From: Felis catus
Lineage: Eukaryota
Reading direction: 5' to 3'
Assembly (NCBI RefSeq): GCF_018350175.1
Contig: NC_058380.1
Coordinates: 11,222,001 to 11,286,000 of the forward strand
Length of the DNA: 64,000 nucleotides
Shown here one piece after another: positions 22,927 to 35,842 of this stretch. The number at the start of each line of letters is the position of its first letter. Positions within the stretch are counted from its first letter, which is position 1. Below the pieces are notes generated by a model that saw only the letters and a program-made list of their open reading frames with translations, was not told the DNA's origin and did no database searches. Position numbers and translations under genes: made by a program.

Positions 22927-25900
22927 CAATGCCAGGCCTACCAACAAGTCAGGCCCCTGACTTCTGATCAGCCTCAACTATTTTTCATGCCGTTCGATAC
23001 ATTCTGCCTCTGCATGTCCCCAGGGGATACTCCAGTAATCACCTTGGCCTCGCTTTGAAGTTGAAAATTAAAACGCGTTTTCTCCGGTTGCTTTTAAGTA
23101 ATCTAGTTAAATATTACAGTGTGGTTGACCCCTGCCTCCCCACAACTCCCTTTGACGTGATTCCAACTTGTGCTGACCGGCCTGCTGACCAGAAAAACAT
23201 GGTTGAGCTGAAGAAGGAGCTGGCGGGGGGAAAAGGGACCTGTTACACTTTAATAAAAAAGCAATGTCCTGTTCCCAGAAGACTGGGGACGGGCCCTGGA
23301 GGTTCACGTACCGCGTCTTGCGGAAACTACAAAGGCCAAAGCTCCCACGGGCCCATCTTGTCTTCGGCAACCAATGCAGTGGTCAGAGGAAATGGGGACC
23401 CTGCCCCGTGCAGGTGCAGAGTTAGGGTGTCGGGGAGGGGTCAAGTCTGGCATCCCCTCACTCCCCCCACCACGGCAGCATCTCCAGCACCGGACGCCCC
23501 AGTCGTGCTCGAGAAGAGGGAGCACGGGGCCACCTGGCTGCCATTCTGTGCTGCCAGCCTGAGGGGGATGTGGAACCAGCACTCATTCCTGCGTGAGGCC
23601 CTGGGGAGGTCTCGGCTGGCGGAGAAGTTCAAGTTGTTTGCAAATCGAGGCCTTAGCAGTGTGTTCCGTGTTCCGTCCATGTCGGCTGTGGGGAGACAAA
23701 AGGGTGAGGTGGCTGCTGCATCATTTTGGCTTTGGCGAACGATCCTGCCTACGGTTCGTGACGAAACTCCAGGGGGGTCCTTTGACTCTTAATGACCATT
23801 TGGTTTCAGGGGACTACGTAATTGACCTCCACTTAATATTTCACATAGTCTCTTACTGCCCCTGTCTTTGTCCTTGATCCCTGACTGTCTTTCCTTCCAG
23901 TTGTGTATTTCTTGGTGAGAGGAATGGTTTCCATTATTTCCGCAGGCTTCCTGTAGGAGTGCTGTGCTCTATATGTCAGACTAAAGCAGCCTTGACTTAC
24001 TTAGGTCCGGGTCCCTAGGGCCAGACGTTGAGACAGCTGCACGCAGCAGGTTTCTGGAGAGCACCCCGGAAGGGAGCCCAGAAGGCAGCGTTCGGCAGGG
24101 GAGAAGCTGACCCACAGCAGGAGGGTGGGGAGGGTGTGGAGAGGGGGGATACGCAGGGCTGCAACCGAGAGGCTTTAGCCAAGCTCCTAGGGAGCCCTGG
24201 AGCCGAACAGGCCTCTGGAGGTGCCTACATGGGAGCCAGAAGCCAGACCTTGGGAAGGGGACTATTTGTGCCCCAGGATTGGAGACGGGGCTTCTGGGGC
24301 ACAGGTGCCATGGAGAACTGCCCATCGGTGACCTTGGTGCCTGCCTGCTATAAGGCTCAATCTGGTCTTCTGACACGTGTGTTGGTTTTTTTTTTTTTCC
24401 CCAAAAAAACTTGGGAGAAGAAGTAAATTTCACAGAGGAGTCCAGACCCTCGGCTTCTCTTGAAAAATGAGAATAACGAGTGGACCAGTCAGAATCCAGT
24501 CAGGAAAAGAAAATCCACACTGTGTGTTGCAACAGCGATTTAATAGGAGGACGATCAAGGGAGGACAAGGGGACCCTGAGATGACCCATGTGCATTGACT
24601 ACAAGAAGGAGCCTCCGCTCCTGGAGTTGGGGGAATGAGGGACGTAATGAGGGGGTATAAACCCAGGGGTTCAAAGTAGGAGGTCTGGCAGCGGTTGGTA
24701 CCTGGCAGGGGCAGGGTGGGTGGGGGCAGCCAGGCTGGGTCTGCAGTGGGAAGGAGAGCTGGCTTCTGACACCCGCTGCTGCTGGGGTGAAAGCCACTGT
24801 TGGGGTGAGGCAGGTGTTCCAAGGAGCCAGCAGGAGGCTGAGAGAGCCTGGTGCCCACCTCCTGCCGCCTGGCTCCCTCTGGTGCCCCCTACTGGCAGCA
24901 TCTAACAGGAAGGCGGTTGACCATGGAGCTCGGCCCCCAGCCCCATTCAGCAGGATGCAGAAGAATAATAAATTCATAACCACCACAACTGGCAATTGGG
25001 CATCCCCGGTCCGGCACGGTACCAACCGAGGAGGTGCACCTGCATCCTTTTTAAAAAGGGACGGGTACCTCCATTCCCACTGGCCAGGGTGTTGCTCACT
25101 GGCCTTCCCAGGCAGGTCCTGGTGGGCATCTGTTAGCCATCCTTGTATGAGAAAACTGTTACCCCAGCTCTGAAAGATCCAAAGCCTTTTTTGAGAAGGG
25201 ATCCAGGAAGGAGCGTGAGATTGAATGCTGAAAACTTTAACCGCCTCCTGTACCCCTTGATGGTGTTGTTGGTCCTGGGACCAGATTTCTCCTCTGTCTC
25301 CCCGCCCGACCCCCAGGCACCCTCGCCCAGCCCCTCTTGAGGGGAGAGGGGTGTGGGCTTCCCGGTCCTGGTTTTTCTGGAACCCATTGCATCACTAGTC
25401 CTTTGAATTTGTCACTCCTGCTCCTGGTTGGTTCTCAGCGTCTTTTTCCTTTGGGGAGGGGGCTGTAAAGGCCAGGCCGTCTTCTACCTCCGGAATCGAG
25501 GGAATTGTGATTCCCTGGGGACCAAAGTCTCCGCTGCAACTATTTGCCCTTGTTGTGGATTTATTTTGGTGAGAAATGATGTAATCAGGGCTTAGCAGAA
25601 AAAAAAACAAGGCTACAACTTGGCTAGCAAATTAGTACATAGCCCCGAAGCCAACACTTGTTTTGCAAATGAAGGTCCTGGAGCCCAGAGCCTGGGAATA
25701 AGGGTTGTAGGTTTTCAGCGCCTGGCAACTTGAAGCGCCTGGAACAGCTGGTTCCCCCAGTGGGGCTGGAGGGACCCGCGTCAGGCTGCCTGTCGCTGCT
25801 CACGGGCCATGGAGGCTCAGAGTCCTGACCCGTGTGACCCAGAGCGGGAGTAGATTCCGTGGTCCCTTATTTGGCTCCAGTTTTCAGATACTCACCTGTG

Positions 25901-26159
25901 AAGTTTCCTTCTCTGCTCCGCACCTACTTACGACTCCCACTGGGTGAGCACGTTCCTCATGGCAGCCCTCCACGTGTCCTTACTTTGGCACTGCCGAATG
26001 GGAATTGTCACCCCACCCCACCCCCAGCCCGCCTCAGTTCAGCTGAAGCAAGAACAGAAGAGACCCTCTCTGTGCGTGCTTTGTATCAAGCACAGCACTA
26101 AGGTCTGTTAGGACCTGACTTTCTCTGCTTCCCAAGAAGTGACCATTGACCCTCATGAT

Positions 26160-26315
26160 GGGAGCACCTACTATGTGCCAGACTTCAGGTATGTTATGTC
26201 TACATCTCTGAGGTTGTTCCTGTTTTCAGATACAAAACTGAGGCTCAGGGTGGTCGGGTGACCCAGGTCAGGGAAGGGACCAGACTCCAGTCTGGAGTGG
26301 GACTCGAGAGCACAT
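26160..26315 (-). mobile_element. MIR
   Basis: gagcacctactatgtgccag...ttttcagatacaaaactgaggctcag. Confidence 0.7.
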
Positions 26316-26749
26316 AATAAAGTTACATTTCAAGGTCTTTCATTCATGAGGATTACGTTGAGGAGAATGTCTCACTCTAGCACCACTCCATGTCTGAAGT
26401 TTGATTTTTTTTTGTTTGTTTGTTTTGTGATGTTTTGGTTTTGACCTATTTTTTAACACCTCTGTCACACCTGCTTCTTTTCTCTCCCCACTTCCTCTTC
26501 CCAAAGAGCAAAGCTTTGACGTTGGCAGGCAAGAGAATTAGGCTGGAAGCTCATGACGTTGTCTTCCAATTGTCTATATTTTCATAGTTACTTCCTATTT
26601 ATGGTAAGTGACGCTGATCTTCCACTTACGGTTAGAGACCTGGTTTCCTTTCTGAATAGACGTAAGTTAAAAAAAAAAAAAATCTGCCTTCAATTTAAAA
26701 AATGATTCACTACCTGATGACGGAGGTGGTACTTGGTTGTAGCAAGTGT

Positions 26750-26910
26750 CACGAGGGCATGACCTTGGACCTTTCTGAACGTCTCAGGGCCTCTGTTCTC
26801 CCAGAATGAGAACGGGACCCGGTTGCCAAGGCAGCTGTGAGGATTCACAACCCACGTCGAGGGCTTCAGGCAGTACCTGGGCCACAGTGGGCACGACTGA
26901 AGAGCTGCAC
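26750..26910 (+). mobile_element. MIR (GC-shifted)
   Basis: tgaccttgga...ctcagggcctctgttctc...gctgtgaggattca...gcagtacctgggccacagtgggcac. Confidence 0.55.
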
Positions 26911-27724
26911 GTGCCCGACGTGTAGAGAAGATGGTCATTTGGTGCTTGTGTGGCTCCTGGCGCAAAGCACGCTGGGAAAGGCATGACCGGCAGGGGTGCC
27001 TCGCTTCCAAATAGACATTTACGGGTAAAAGCTGTGCCCCGTTTCCCACGGTTCTGTAAACTTGCGGAGTTGGGGGGAGATTTTCCTGGCGCTTACGGTT
27101 ATTGGCATGCTATTTTTCTTCTCTAATATTCAAGTTTTGTGTTTATCACTATCAGGAGCCTACAGCCTTTGAAGTACTTTATTTTTAACACCCATCCCAG
27201 GCTGCTGCGGTCTCCATACACCCACAGGACATCGAGAACAGTAGTCAAATGTTGGAGACGGCTTCAGTAATCATTTACCAAGTACAAAGCTCATTAAGAA
27301 AAGTCCAGGGACTTGGAGAGCACGTATTTTACTCACAGGGGGCATGATAATGATGAGGGAAGACCTGAGTGTCTTCTAAAACACCCAAATGTCTGGAAAT
27401 ACAAAGTAAAATCTATGGGGAGAGGTGAACCTTTTAAAAGAGCTCCTGGGACCTATTTTAGTGCTAAGGAGTTTCACCAGGAGTTAACTTTCAACAGCCC
27501 GCCGTGTCATTTTGGAGACGAAAGGCCGGTGTGGTGCGTGGGTCACAGGAGATTGAAACAAAGCTTATCTGGGCTCTCAGGTGTGAACCTTTGGTAGTCA
27601 AAGCAACAGTTAAGTCCTCAGCAAGTAAAGGAGCATCTTGCATGATATTTCACAGACAGGCATTCCATAAAGACAAGCATACAGAGACCGCATAGCATTT
27701 CTCTTAGGTGATGATTGGAGACAG

Positions 27725-27900
27725 TAGAGTTACTTCGGACAGCGTGGTCTCCTGACCAGTATAGGCAGCTTCACCCGGGAAGAGAGTCGGGCCCCACCCC
27801 AGAACTACTGAATCAGGAACGCTGGGAAAGGTCCCGGAGATTTGTGTTTTAACAAGCCTTCAGGTGATTCTGATGCATACTTCAATGGAGAAACACCAGT
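27725..27900 (+). mobile_element. MER5A
   Basis: gggccccaccccagaactactgaatcagga...ttgtgttttaacaagccttcaggtgattctgatgca. Confidence 0.85.
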
Positions 27901-28699
27901 TCAGAGGAAAGGCAGTTTGTATTTTATGCACTACACCTGTCTTGAAATAGCTGTGCCATAGGCCGGTCATAGACGTACGTAAACACAGACTAGGCATTAG
28001 CTCCTTTATGTTTCTTGGCTTTGCGTCCCAAGGAAAATAAATACAATCATCTTCTAGATTAAAGGAGGACAGCTTTGCCACAGTGACTCAGTTCTCTAGG
28101 GCAGCCACAGTGTTTTGGAGCCCAGGGCTCGACTCACAAAGACTAGGAATATTCTGATGGTTATTTTAGTACCTCACGATGTAGGATCTGACACAGAAGA
28201 GGATTGCCTCTAAATATGATGGTCCCTGATGCTCTCCTAGACACCCCACAGCAGAGGCCTTGGGATGTGAAACAGAGGGCACGCTGGAAGGCAAGCAGAG
28301 TGTATATGGTGGTGGTGATGAGGGGTGGGGACCAGCAGGGGGGTGGGGTGGAGGGGTCCCTTGCTTTGGCAGGGGTGTTGCAAAGAGACTAGGGCTGGGT
28401 GCCTACTCCATTGAGCCATGGTTTTTGCCCTTGATGGCCCTTTTCACTTGTTAAAAAAGTGAAAAGTGGGGCAGGATTTTTGCCCTTAGCCGTGCGGGAA
28501 GGAACCAGAGGCTGATACTCCCCGTAGAAGGTATTGGTCAATCCAAGAAATCAGAGTAAGTGTAAAAGTTGGCAGTCAGGGGTCAGGAGTTGGGCAGAAC
28601 TGAACTTGAATGGGATCATGGGAAGAAAATGAGGTGAGGATAGTCCTGGGGTCCACTCATCGTGTTACGAGTACATCAGGTTGGCTTAAAGTTCCGTTA

Positions 28700-28820
28700 A
28701 CGCCTACTCAACAAGTATTAAGTTCCAGTGATGTACCAAGCACCATTCCAACAGACACTTGGGGTTTTGTAGTAATCAAAACAGACAAAAATCCCTATAA
28801 TCATGAAGCATGTAGGTAGC
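28700..28820 (-). mobile_element. L2 3' end
   Basis: ctcaacaagtattaagttcc...taccaagcacc...aaaacagacaaaaatccct. Confidence 0.55.
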
Positions 28821-29328
28821 AACTGGTGTCACAGGGAATATTAATAAGTCATTAATGATTCAATATTACCATTAATGATTGCTTACCACGTGCGAGGCAG
28901 TGTCACCATTAGCTCACCTCGACACACTGCCAGCCGGCGAGGACAGAGTTGGTATGCTTCTATTGTTACGCCAGCTCTTGCTTTTCCCAGGGTCATTGTT
29001 TAGACCATGACTTTGGGGGGCACAAGCCTTAGGAGTACGTACCATCAGAACTGGTGGTCTGGGATACTGTATTTCAACGTGGCTGCTGATACGTTGGTGA
29101 ATCACTTCCTTACTGAGCACTGCTTATCGGAAACTGAACAACGCGGCTGCACGTAATGGAATAATAGGTTTGGGTGCTGTGTTGATATAACTAATAGGTT
29201 TTAAAAAATGGATTTAAAAGGATGAACATCACATGTTTTTATTTCGTGATGTGTCACCAGGAGAACATGAACAGTGAAGTATGCTATAAATTCCCTCAAT
29301 AAAACTTTGTGAAAAATAATACTGCCTT

Positions 29329-29539
29329 GGGGTGCCGGGCTGGCTCAGTAGGTTAAGCGTCTGACTTCGGCTCAGGTCATGATCTTGGGGTTTGTAAGTT
29401 CGAGCCACGCTTTGGGCTCTGTGCTGACAGCTCAGAGCCTGGAGCCTGCTTCAGATTCTGTGTCTCCCCCTCTCTGCCCCTCGCCTGCTTGCACTCTGTC
29501 TCTCAATAATAAATAAATGTTTAAAAAAAATTTTTTTTT
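29329..29539 (+). mobile_element. Can-SINE with 13-bp TSD
   Basis: aaataatactgcc at 29314-29326 and 29540-29552. Confidence 0.96.
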
Positions 29540-30514
29540 AAATAATACTGCCCAACTGACAGGGGTTTGGTTGAAAATTCCAGCCAGATGGTGATTACTA
29601 AACACAAACCAGCAACAAACAAAAACCCTTATAGTTAAACATACGTACACTTTCTTGTGTAAAAATTTCCATAAAGAAATGTCTACACATAGATAAGCCA
29701 GCCTCAAGTGCGTGTATGACAACAGTATTCCTAAATACCAAGTTTTTCAGAAATTTTCAACTTGTATCAAGTTGATACAAGTTGAACTTGTATCAACAAT
29801 TTTCAACTTGTTCTTACTGTTTTCATACCCCTACACCTCGAGTTGGCTATGCTAAACTCAATTTATTCATTCGGCTGGCAAATGATAATGAAGCAACTAC
29901 ACTGTCCTTGGTGCTGGGGACAGAGCAGGAAACGGGACAAGGCCATTACCGTCCAGTCGAAAGACCGAACCCCGACAAGTATACCTCACGCATTCGGCGT
30001 TACAGGAAGCAAACCCACGATACTATCACAGACTTGAGTCAGGAGAGTCAGGTGCGGCTCTCGGAGGGAGGGGGCTTTTGTCCGGGATGGTGCCAGGTCC
30101 ACCAGACAGGCAGTCAGCATGTGGCTGGGAGAAAATTAGCCTATTGAGGGGGCATTTTTGAGTTCATGGGGAGTCAAGGACGTCCTCAGTGCGCAGACTC
30201 TCCCGGTTGCTTCTTTGTTTCCCTTATGAGACTCAGAACCTCTTGAAGGCAGGGACCCAATCGTGTTTCCTTCTCTCTGGCATCCATTACAGCATCTGAT
30301 GCATCTGTGCTAAAGGGATAAATAAATGAGTTGGGGATGTGAGCAAGGTGTTTGGCCTGTCTGTCCTCACGTGAGAACAGAAAGCCACTCCCCGTTGTCC
30401 CAGCCCCCATTCTGCTTCCTCACAGGGGATCGGGCTTCTTGCCACGTTCACGTTTCCCTGTCTTTCCAGGGCTACGCCTGGCGAACGCTTCTGTGCAAGA
30501 GAGAATAAAGCTTG

Positions 30515-30735
30515 GGGGTGAAGGGCTCGGGCTTTGTGGCCAAGCTGCTTGGGTTCAATTTCTGGCCCTGTCACTTACTAGCTGTCGACTATTGAGCAAG
30601 TTACTTAACTTGAGCATGTCTCACTTTCCCTGTCGGTAAAATGGGGTAGTAATAATAGTTCATCATAGGTCGATGAGGTTTGAATGTATTAATGAGGTGC
30701 TTAGCATAGTCTGTGATGGCGTAGCAGGTGCTCCG
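30515..30735 (+). mobile_element. MIR, near full length
   Basis: gggttcaatttctggccctgtcacttactagctgt...gagcaagttacttaac...gtaaaatgggg...gtgcttagcatagt. Confidence 0.85.
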
Positions 30736-31256
30736 TAGGAGACCGATGGTGCGCTCTCCTGCACATTAACCGCAGGCTGTGCTTGGCCCCCTCAGCAAGC
30801 TCTAGACTGCCTTCCCTGCTCAAGGCCTGCATCTTCGATCCCCGATCGTCTTCCTTCACGTGGCTGCTGGCACCTCTTCCCCCCGGTTGCCCCCCTGGGA
30901 TTCCCCGCAGCCCAGGAGAGCCAAGTCCTGTCCTTACACTTGGAGGCCTAGACAAGAGAGAGAATGCAGAGGGTACCTTCCCCCTCTGGCGTAGGTAGGC
31001 GCCCACCTTAGGGTTGACTTCTGAGTAGGCTCCTGGCTTGGTCCTGGCCTTTTCCATGTGACCAGAGACAGCTGTGCCCAACCACCCTCTCCAGGTGTCC
31101 CCACATCTCAGAATCCGGCTCCAGAAAATAAGACCACGCTTTTCTCTCCCCCTAGGCTAAGGTCCACCTGGAGTGTTCAAGTCCTGACTCTGCATTGACC
31201 CCTCCCTGGGGTGGATGAGAATTGAAGCATCCCTTCCATTGGAAAAGACAAGCCCC

Positions 31257-31428
31257 CGGGGTGCCTGTGTGACTCAGTTGGTTGAGCGTCTGACTCTCGA
31301 TTCTGGCTCAGGTCATGATCCCAGGGTTGTGGGATTGAGCCCGACATCAGGCTCCACACTGAGCATGGAGTCTGCTTGAGATTTTCTCTCTCTTCTCTTG
31401 GTCTCAAAAAAAAAAAAAAAAAATCCCA
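31257..31428 (+). mobile_element. Older Can-SINE with 14-bp TSD
   Basis: aaaagacaagcccc at 31243-31256 and 31429-31442. Confidence 0.94.
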
Positions 31429-32091
31429 AAAAGACAAGCCCCACTCCAACCACAGGGATGTGGGATATCCGTAAGGTCTGACGAGACGTTAATGTGTCTG
31501 ATGTGGAGACTGTCATGGGAAGCGTGGTCCTAATTGCACACTGGTTCCCACCAGGGACACCACCCCCCTTCAGCTTCTACTCTGCCATCTTTCTCCCCAA
31601 ATTTTACAAAAACCTTAGGGTCCAGTCTCATCTGGGGTCCCCTTAAGCCAGGAGAGGTTGGGGTCCAAGAGGCCCAGGTGCTTTTCGAGGATTCAGAATT
31701 CCTTGTTCTCTCTAGGACTATTTTAGCTATACCACACTTGCCGAAGACGTGGAGCCTTCTTCTGGGAATTTAACTCTATTTATAACATCGTTTCTATGGG
31801 GGAAAAAAAAAGAGTGTTCCAAGTGACAATCCGTTTAAAACAGAATTCTTAGATCACAGCCTTTTCATTGCTGGAGGCTTGCTGGTAACTGTTCACATGT
31901 AGAGATTACATTGAAGTTTTTAAAAATTGCATCTGGAATAAACAGACAAGGAAAAGGCAGGTGTGGCTTCATGAATTTTTTTTAAAGAAACAATGTTGAT
32001 TTCAAAAGGTCATATCATTTACTGTTTACAGGCCCGGATTAAAGTCTGTGTGTGTATCATTTTACTCAATCTTAACAATAATCCTTTGAGA

Positions 32092-32542
32092 TGTATCCTA
32101 AACAATCTAAGCCCATTTTTGATGCTTAGGGGCTGGTCGCTTTCAAACCCCACCGGGTTCCTTACCCTTCTGCCCCACATCCTGACAAGCTTGTAAAACA
32201 GCCCTGGTGTTCCCTCCTTTGGCGCCGACCAGAAGGTTAAATCATGCAACCTCAACTTGCAAGGGGAAATCCTCCCCAGCCCTCATCCTCAGCAAACGCT
32301 AGTTGCAAAGGGGCATCCTCCCCCCTCCCCAAACTCCAAAGCCAGCGCCCTTTCCCTGCTCCCCTAAACCATTCCTGTACCTGCTTGACTACCCACCTTA
32401 CTCTCCCCAGAAAGCCCTAGAAATCCTGTGATTCAGAAACCTTTTCAGAGCCTCATGGTGTCTGTGGAGCATCATCAGTCTGAACATCGAAACCAGATTT
32501 TGAGTGAGGGGTCCCTGTCACCTCTGACAGGTGACCGCAACA
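32092..32542 (+). mobile_element. ERV solo LTR (MER54/MER74-like) inserted into a MIR
   Basis: TG...CA ends; 3' end ggagcatcatcagtctgaacatcgaaaccagattttgagtgaggggtcc...gtgaccgcaaca; MIR halves on both sides (cttaacaataatcctttgag | ...cagatgaagaaactgagcc). Confidence 0.6.
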
Positions 32543-32779
32543 GGCAGACACAACATTCTCTGTCGTGCAGATGAAGAAACTGAGCCTCCAAGATGAAATT
32601 CCTCACCAAAGGTTATAGAACCAGATAATAGTGTCTTAACCAGTCCGTTCTTTTCCCCCTTCAGGTCAGGTGGGTCTTATCTTTGGAGAATTAGTCGACA
32701 AAGTTGCACCGAGGGCTCGGACCTCTTGCTAATATTTAACACCTACCTGTCTCCAGCTCTTTCTGCGCATTCACTCACG

Positions 32780-32940
32780 GTGTCTTCTCCCAGCCTCTGT
32801 GAGGTTGTGTCCATCATTACTCCTGTTTTTATGGATGAGGAAGCCGTGGACCCGCGCACTTCACTAAGTCACGCCAAATGAACGGAGATGGCTGTGCTTG
32901 GACTTGAACGCCAGCTGGCTGGCTCAGAAAAGGTACTCTC
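32780..32940 (-). mobile_element. MIR
   Basis: ctctgtgaggttg...ctgttttatggatgaggaagc...ggacttgaacgccag. Confidence 0.6.
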
Positions 32941-34686
32941 ACGGGGCTGTCATGCTTCTTCTACGTGTACAAGTAAAAAAGCTGATGATTAACCCAGCGC
33001 CCGGGGTTGTATTCTTGCCACTGCTTAAGTGGACAACACTTATTTAAAGGAAACCCTATCTTCAAGACCCAGGCAGTGGCTTTGTTAGAGCTTTTCGATT
33101 ATCCACACATATTCACCCAATACTGTCAACTTCTGGAAGGCAAAGCTAATACTTTGTTGTCTAAGACATCCCTCTCCCCTGTCCCCAGTAACTAGGAGAT
33201 GGCTTTTTAGACAGTGGGGGTCAAGAAATGCCATTTAAATAGCTTACACTCAGTGGATGTTGCAGACTGAATTCTTGCAATGTCCCCTTCCCCCTAAATA
33301 CTGCCCTACACCTCATTAGAAATGGGCCCAGACTCTTCACCAATTGCCATGGAAACTCTCTGGGACTCGTGTTCTCCGCCGTGTGCCATCTTTTGACTAA
33401 ATGTAAAGGAAGGAAAATAATCTGTAATTTCTCATAGGAAGGAGCCCCAAATTCACCAGGAAAAGTGTATACATTTTTAAACCATCTGCTTTCCCTCTGG
33501 GCTTTCCGGCAACTTCTCTGCAGCTAATAAATCGTATGAAATTTTTCATGGCTGATTCACCCTGCGTGGCTAGTGGCTCTAGAAACCCAGTTATTTGGAA
33601 TAGCAGGAAAAACTATGAATCCAGGGAAATCAGCATGGATCACAGCACTGAGAGTTGGCGCGGATGTTAAAAATTATTTCAGTCTGTGTATTGGAGGCGA
33701 GGTTTGCTGCTTTTAAATCTTGGCCCTGACTTCCTCTCCCTCAAAAGCCTTGGCCCAAGAACTGTGAAATTTGCCCAAGAACAAAGCTAGCTAATAATGC
33801 AGAACTGTCAGAAGATAAAGGAGCCTGTGAAGGATTGTTCGGGAATAAAACTTCACGTGATGGTCAAATACGCTCGTTCCTCTGAGGAAATAGAGCAAAG
33901 CCGGAGGCTGAAGCGTTTGACTAGGCTTCATACTTCATTCAGTTGGGTGGTTCTCATTCTGTGCTCTGAGGGAACCCTGAGTTCCCTCCAATTTCCCTCT
34001 GGAGTTGCCAGAGGAAAGAGGTGAGCACATTCATCCCTAGACTCACCTGCCCAACTTTCCCAGAACGCCTCTGCATCTATTTGGTTTCCACCCGAGGATT
34101 CTCATAAAACGGATTTTAGCAAATAGTCTGAGAAACCCTTGATGGCGTCCAGCTCCTTTTTTTCAGACTTGAGGCCACAGAAAGCCAGAAAGGTAAGTGA
34201 TCTGCTAAGACCTCAGAGATCCTCAGCTGTAGCTGAGACCAGAACAGTTGTTGGGAGTCCCAGATCGGATCCTCTCTTGCTGGTCATTCTGGCTGGAACT
34301 ATGCCCTCAGCACACACCTGCCAGTCAGAGATCGAGTTCTGAACCATTGTTCTCAATCCCCTTTCTGGCATTCATTCTCTCGGTCTACTAACTTTTTGCT
34401 TCTCTGATGTATTTTCAACCGGCCAGTTGTCCTCGCTGCCTAGTATAGATTTCTCAGACAGCATCCTATTGGCTCTTCGGGTAGATAAGGAAGTAGGTGT
34501 TGATTTCCTGAGAATTGCCGGTGCACTGTGCCCTGGGAGAAATAAAGCCTGCCGAGGCATATCCGCAAAGTTCTGGGCTTTAATATCTCCAAGAAATATG
34601 TGACCCACTTCAAAGAAAACACTGTTTTTATTCATGGGGTGGGAAAAATCATAAACTTCTCTCTTTCACAGAAGTTAAATCATTGG

Positions 34687-34905
34687 GGGGCGCCTGGGTG
34701 GCTCAGTCAGTTGAGCATCCGACTTCAGGTCGGCTCATAATCTCGCGGTCCGTGAGTTCGAGCCTCGCATCGGGCTCTGGACTGACAGCTCGGAGCCTGG
34801 AGCCTGCTTCAGATGCAGCATCTCCCTCTCTCTCTCTCTGCCCCTCCCCTGCTATGCTCTGTCTCTCTCTCCCAAAAATCAATAAACATTAAAAAAAAAA
34901 AAAAA
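34687..34905 (+). mobile_element. Can-SINE
   Basis: Full-length with A16 tail; flanks share aagttaa. Confidence 0.96.
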
Positions 34906-35097
34906 AGTTAAGTAGCTACATTCATCATGTCTCCTAGGAGAAAAAGATAATAAAGGAGAAAAGCCTATCATGTCTTTGTTAAGTGCAACCGGCTCCAGCT
35001 GATAGCATTGGTATTGGAAGAGACCATGGAGGTCGTTTCTCCTTCAGGGAATCTGTGGCTTCCACTCTCAGTCCTCATCATCACCACTGCTGCCATT

Positions 35098-35360
35098 CTT
35101 TGAGCACTTACTGTGGCAACCGTGCTAAGCTCTTGACCAGCACTGCCATTTAATCTCTGTAATCACTCTGGATATCCTGATTGTCCCCATTCTTCAGGTA
35201 TGGAAACTGAGATTCACCGCGGTGGAATCAGGGCCACAGTGCTGCACAACTACAGGGGACTGATTCACTTTGTTTTCTATGGATGGTGACTCCCAGCCTC
35301 ACAGAGCTGGTAAATGGCAGATCCAGGAATCACGCCAGGATCCTAAGCCCATCTTCTAGC
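35098..35360 (-). mobile_element. MIR
   Basis: ttgagcacttactgtg...gtgctaagc...catttaatc...ggaaactgag. Confidence 0.65.
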
Positions 35361-35584
35361 CACTTCTACAAGCATCTGCTTCAGAAATCCTACGTGTCCT
35401 CAGACCCTGAGTCCTGCAATTGACAATTATTGCTGTTGATAATTTGTTGATAATTATGAGTCAAGAAGAAAGGAAGTTGGCCATTAAATAGTGGGTGTGA
35501 CCCAAGACAAATTCTCAAGGAAATTTTATTCATTCTGGTTTTTTTTTTTACCCCCAATATCAAATAGTTTGTTTCATGATAAAA

Positions 35585-35770
35585 TTTTTTAATTTTTATT
35601 TTGGTATAATTTCAAACTTAGAAGTTGCATGAAGAGTAAAGAATTGCCAAATAATTCTTTAATTCAGATTCAATAATTGTCCACATTTTGTCACATATGC
35701 TTCTCTGGCATCCTCTGTGTATATGCGTATAATATCACACATATATCACATATAATTATATACATATACA
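35585..35770 (-). mobile_element. Old L1 (L1MC/MD-type) 3' end
   Basis: tttattttggtataatttcaaacttagaagttgca...aattgtccacattttgtcacatatgct. Confidence 0.65.
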
Positions 35771-35842
35771 TTTTAGTTGTCCTTAGAGTGTGGTCTCTGG
35801 GAATCCAAATCACCTGAGTATTGGTTACAAATAAAAATTCCT

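Noticed and set aside
23055-23792. 245-aa ORF as a novel gene
   Set aside because: TTG start, low-information GC-driven composition, no domain or splice evidence.
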